DNA of 24,000 nt from Leptolyngbya sp. PCC 6406 (lineage in GTDB: Bacteria; Cyanobacteriota; Cyanobacteriia; Phormidesmidales; Phormidesmidaceae), in NCBI RefSeq assembly GCF_000332095.2, contig NZ_KI913949.1, forward strand, positions 2,682,205 to 2,706,204, read 5' to 3'. Every line of letters starts with the position of its first letter. The stretch's first letter is position 1. The translations under genes and the position numbers were made by a program. Below the pieces are notes generated by a model that was given only the letters and a program-made list of their open reading frames with translations, searched no databases and was not told the DNA's origin. Shown here piece after piece: positions 22,124 to 24,000 of this stretch.

Positions 22124-24000
22124 ATGGTCAGCAAAACCAATGAACGAGCGCTGGAAGATTGCATCGAAGCTGCATTGGTGGAGGGTGCCCGCTATGAAAA
22201 GGGCGACCCGGCTGACTTTGACCAGGAGTTTGCCTGCGATCGCGAGAAATTCTGGCGCTTCCTGGAAACCACCCAGCCCGAACAACTGGCCAAGGTGCAG
22301 GATCAGCCCAACTGGCAGCGGCTAATTCTGGAGCGCTTTCACCGCAAAGTCAAAAAAGACGGCATCCTCTCAGTGCTGAAAAAGGGCATCGCCATCAACG
22401 ATGCCGACTTTACCCTGCTCTACAGCCTGCCCTACAACGACGCCAACCCTACCATCCGCGAAAACTTCGATCGCAATATCTTCTCCGTCACCCGCCAGGT
22501 TCACTACTCCGAAAGCAACCCTGGCCTGTCCATCGACCTGGTGCTGTTTATCAACGGCATGGCGATCGCCACGATGGAACTCAAAAACCCCTGGTCTGGC
22601 CAGACCGTCTACCACGCCAAAAAGCAATACTGCCAAGACCGCGACCCCAAAGAAACCCTGCTCAACTTTGGCCGCTGCCTCGTCCACTTCGCCGTAGACC
22701 CCGACGAAGTCTGGATGACCACCAAACTGGCCCAGGACAAAACCTACTTCCTCCCCTTCAACCAAGGCTGCAACTACGGCAAAGGCAACCCGCCGAATGT
22801 GGGGGCCGACGGCACATCGGGCGGCCACAAAACCGCCTACCTGTGGGAAGACGTGCTCACCCGCGCCAGCCTCGCCACCATCATTGAGCACTTCGTCCTG
22901 CTAGAGGGGGACAAAAAAGATCCCCTCCCCAAAAAGACCCTGATCTTCCCCCGCTACCACCAGCGCGATGTGGTGCGACAGTTGCTCAGCCATGCCAAAA
23001 CCCACGGCCCTGGCCAGAAGTACCTGATTCAGCACTCCGCAGGTTCCGGCAAGTCCAACTCCATCACCTGGACCGCCTACCAACTGATCGAACTCTACCC
23101 CGATGGGGCCGACCGACCCCTGTTTGATTCCGTCGTGGTGGTCACCGATCGCCGCATCCTCGACAAACAACTGCGGAACAACATCAAAGACTTTTCCGAA
23201 GTCAAAAACATTGTCGCCCCTGCCTTCAAATCCTCTGACCTGAAAGCCGCGCTGGAGCAGGGCAAGAAAATCATCATCACCACCATCCAGAAATTTCCCT
23301 TCATCGTCGATGGCATCGAAGACATGGGCGGTAAGAACTTTGCCGTGATCATTGACGAAGCCCACTCCTCCCAGAGCGGCCTTGCTGCCGACAAAATGAA
23401 CATGGCCCTGGGCAACGATGACAACGATGACAACGATGACGACGAGCCCGAAGACAACCAGGATCGCATTCTCAAAGTGATGGCAGGCCGCAAGATGAGC
23501 CCCAACGCCTCCTTCTTCGCCTTCACCGCCACCCCCAAAAACACCACCCTAGAGAAATTTGGCCAGCCCACCCCAGACGGCGGCTTCGAGCCCTTTCACC
23601 TGTATTCCATGAAGCAGGCGATCGAAGAAGGCTTCATTCTAGATGTGCTGGCCAACTACACCACCTACCGCAGCTACTACGAGATTCAGAAATCCATCGA
23701 GGAAAATCCCGAATTTGAAACCGTCCGCGCCCAGAAAAAACTCCGGGAAAAAGTCGAAAACCACTACCTGACCATCAACACCAAAGCCAACATCATCGTT
23801 AACCACTTCCTGGAGAGCGTGGTTGCCCCCAAGCAGCTCAAAGGCAAAGCCCGAGGCATGGTCGTCACCCGCAACATTGAAGCCGCCATTCGCTATTTTT
23901 TCGCCATCCGCGACGGGCTCAAAGCCGCCAACGCTCCCTTTGGCGCGATCGTCGCGTTTTCCGGCAAAAAGACCATCGACGGCATCGAATACACCGAAGA
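22124..24000 (+). CDS. hsdR: Type I restriction endonuclease subunit HsdR, N-terminal ~625 codons (continues past the window end)
   Basis: The hand-translated frame is open from ATG 22124 to nt 24000. It shows a PD-(D/E)xK nuclease motif (SIDLVLFINGMAIATMELKN), helicase motif I (QHSAGSGKSNS), the DEAH box (VIIDEAHSSQ) and FTATPK. It is absent from the ORF track only because there is no stop codon in the window. Confidence 0.93.
   Translation, partial: MVSKTNERALEDCIEAALVEGARYEKGDPADFDQEFACDREKFWRFLETTQPEQLAKVQDQPNWQRLILERFHRKVKKDGILSVLKKGIAINDADFTLLYSLPYNDANPTIRENFDRNIFSVTRQVHYSESNPGLSIDLVLFINGMAIATMELKNPWSGQTVYHAKKQYCQDRDPKETLLNFGRCLVHFAVDPDEVWMTTKLAQDKTYFLPFNQGCNYGKGNPPNVGADGTSGGHKTAYLWEDVLTRASLATIIEHFVLLEGDKKDPLPKKTLIFPRYHQRDVVRQLLSHAKTHGPGQKYLIQHSAGSGKSNSITWTAYQLIELYPDGADRPLFDSVVVVTDRRILDKQLRNNIKDFSEVKNIVAPAFKSSDLKAALEQGKKIIITTIQKFPFIVDGIEDMGGKNFAVIIDEAHSSQSGLAADKMNMALGNDDNDDNDDDEPEDNQDRILKVMAGRKMSPNASFFAFTATPKNTTLEKFGQPTPDGGFEPFHLYSMKQAIEEGFILDVLANYTTYRSYYEIQKSIEENPEFETVRAQKKLREKVENHYLTINTKANIIVNHFLESVVAPKQLKGKARGMVVTRNIEAAIRYFFAIRDGLKAANAPFGAIVAFSGKKTIDGIEYTE
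23414..23440 (+). repeat. 9-nt in-frame tandem repeat (aacgatgac, 3 copies) encoding NDDNDDNDD in hsdR
   Basis: Copies at 23414-23422, 23423-23431 and 23432-23440, within the acidic segment GNDDNDDNDDDEPEDNQD after the DEAH box. Confidence 0.9.

Noticed and set aside
22140-22325. Plus-strand ORF of 61 aa (MNERWKIASKL...)
   Set aside because: It is out of frame within the hsdR 5' region, and hsdR explains the sequence.
22370-23571. Three sizeable minus-strand ORFs from the track (22370..22891, 22901..23365, 23095..23571)
   Set aside because: They are antisense shadows of hsdR. The plus-strand frame starting at 22124 is open to the window end and encodes unmistakable HsdR motifs (ELK nuclease motif, GSGKS, DEAH, FTATPK). 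The minus-strand translations are low-complexity, G/V/A/D-rich, and carry no recognisable domain.
1-24000. Search for tRNA, rRNA or other structured RNA genes
   Set aside because: I saw no cloverleaf-compatible segments with a T-loop GTTCRANYC-type motif, and no rRNA-like conservation. I cannot exclude small regulatory RNAs in the long intergenic regions (8722-9148, 11816-12420).

Overview
The window is cyanobacterial chromosome. The HIP1 octamer GCGATCGC recurs throughout, and rubA-ycf48-psbEFLJ and ndhCKJ are present. From left to right it contains:
- The 3' end of a HlyD-type adaptor gene.
- A minus-strand MFP + RND efflux pair, separated by a repeat-filled 353-bp spacer.
- trmO, a small hypothetical gene, and a Ycf46-like AAA+ ATPase.
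- The photosystem II cluster rubA-ycf48-psbE-psbF-psbL-psbJ on the minus strand. psbF, psbL and psbJ are missing from the ORF track and were found by hand translation.
- ndhC-ndhK-ndhJ.
- A roughly 10-kb plus-strand Type I restriction-modification operon.

The R-M operon is the unusual part. hsdM (14239-16692), hsdS (18515-19822) and hsdR (22124 to beyond the window end) are separated by about 5.4 kb of small same-strand passenger genes. hsdR is absent from the ORF track because it has no stop codon in the window. The passengers are xisH (carrying an in-frame TAA), xisI, DUF2283, a DUF4160/DUF2442 pair, an antitoxin/RelE pair, an MNT nucleotidyltransferase with a decayed HEPN partner, and two Uma2 nucleases.

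Duplication scars frame these cassettes. A 97-nt copy of the hsdM 3' end lies downstream of xisHI. Two extra copies of the hsdR 5' leader bracket the cassettes between hsdS and hsdR.

Other observations are a 77-nt dispersed inverted repeat present at two loci, several short tandem repeats, and low-complexity in-frame repeats in the RND and hsdR genes. All identities and alignments were done by eye. No database search was possible.
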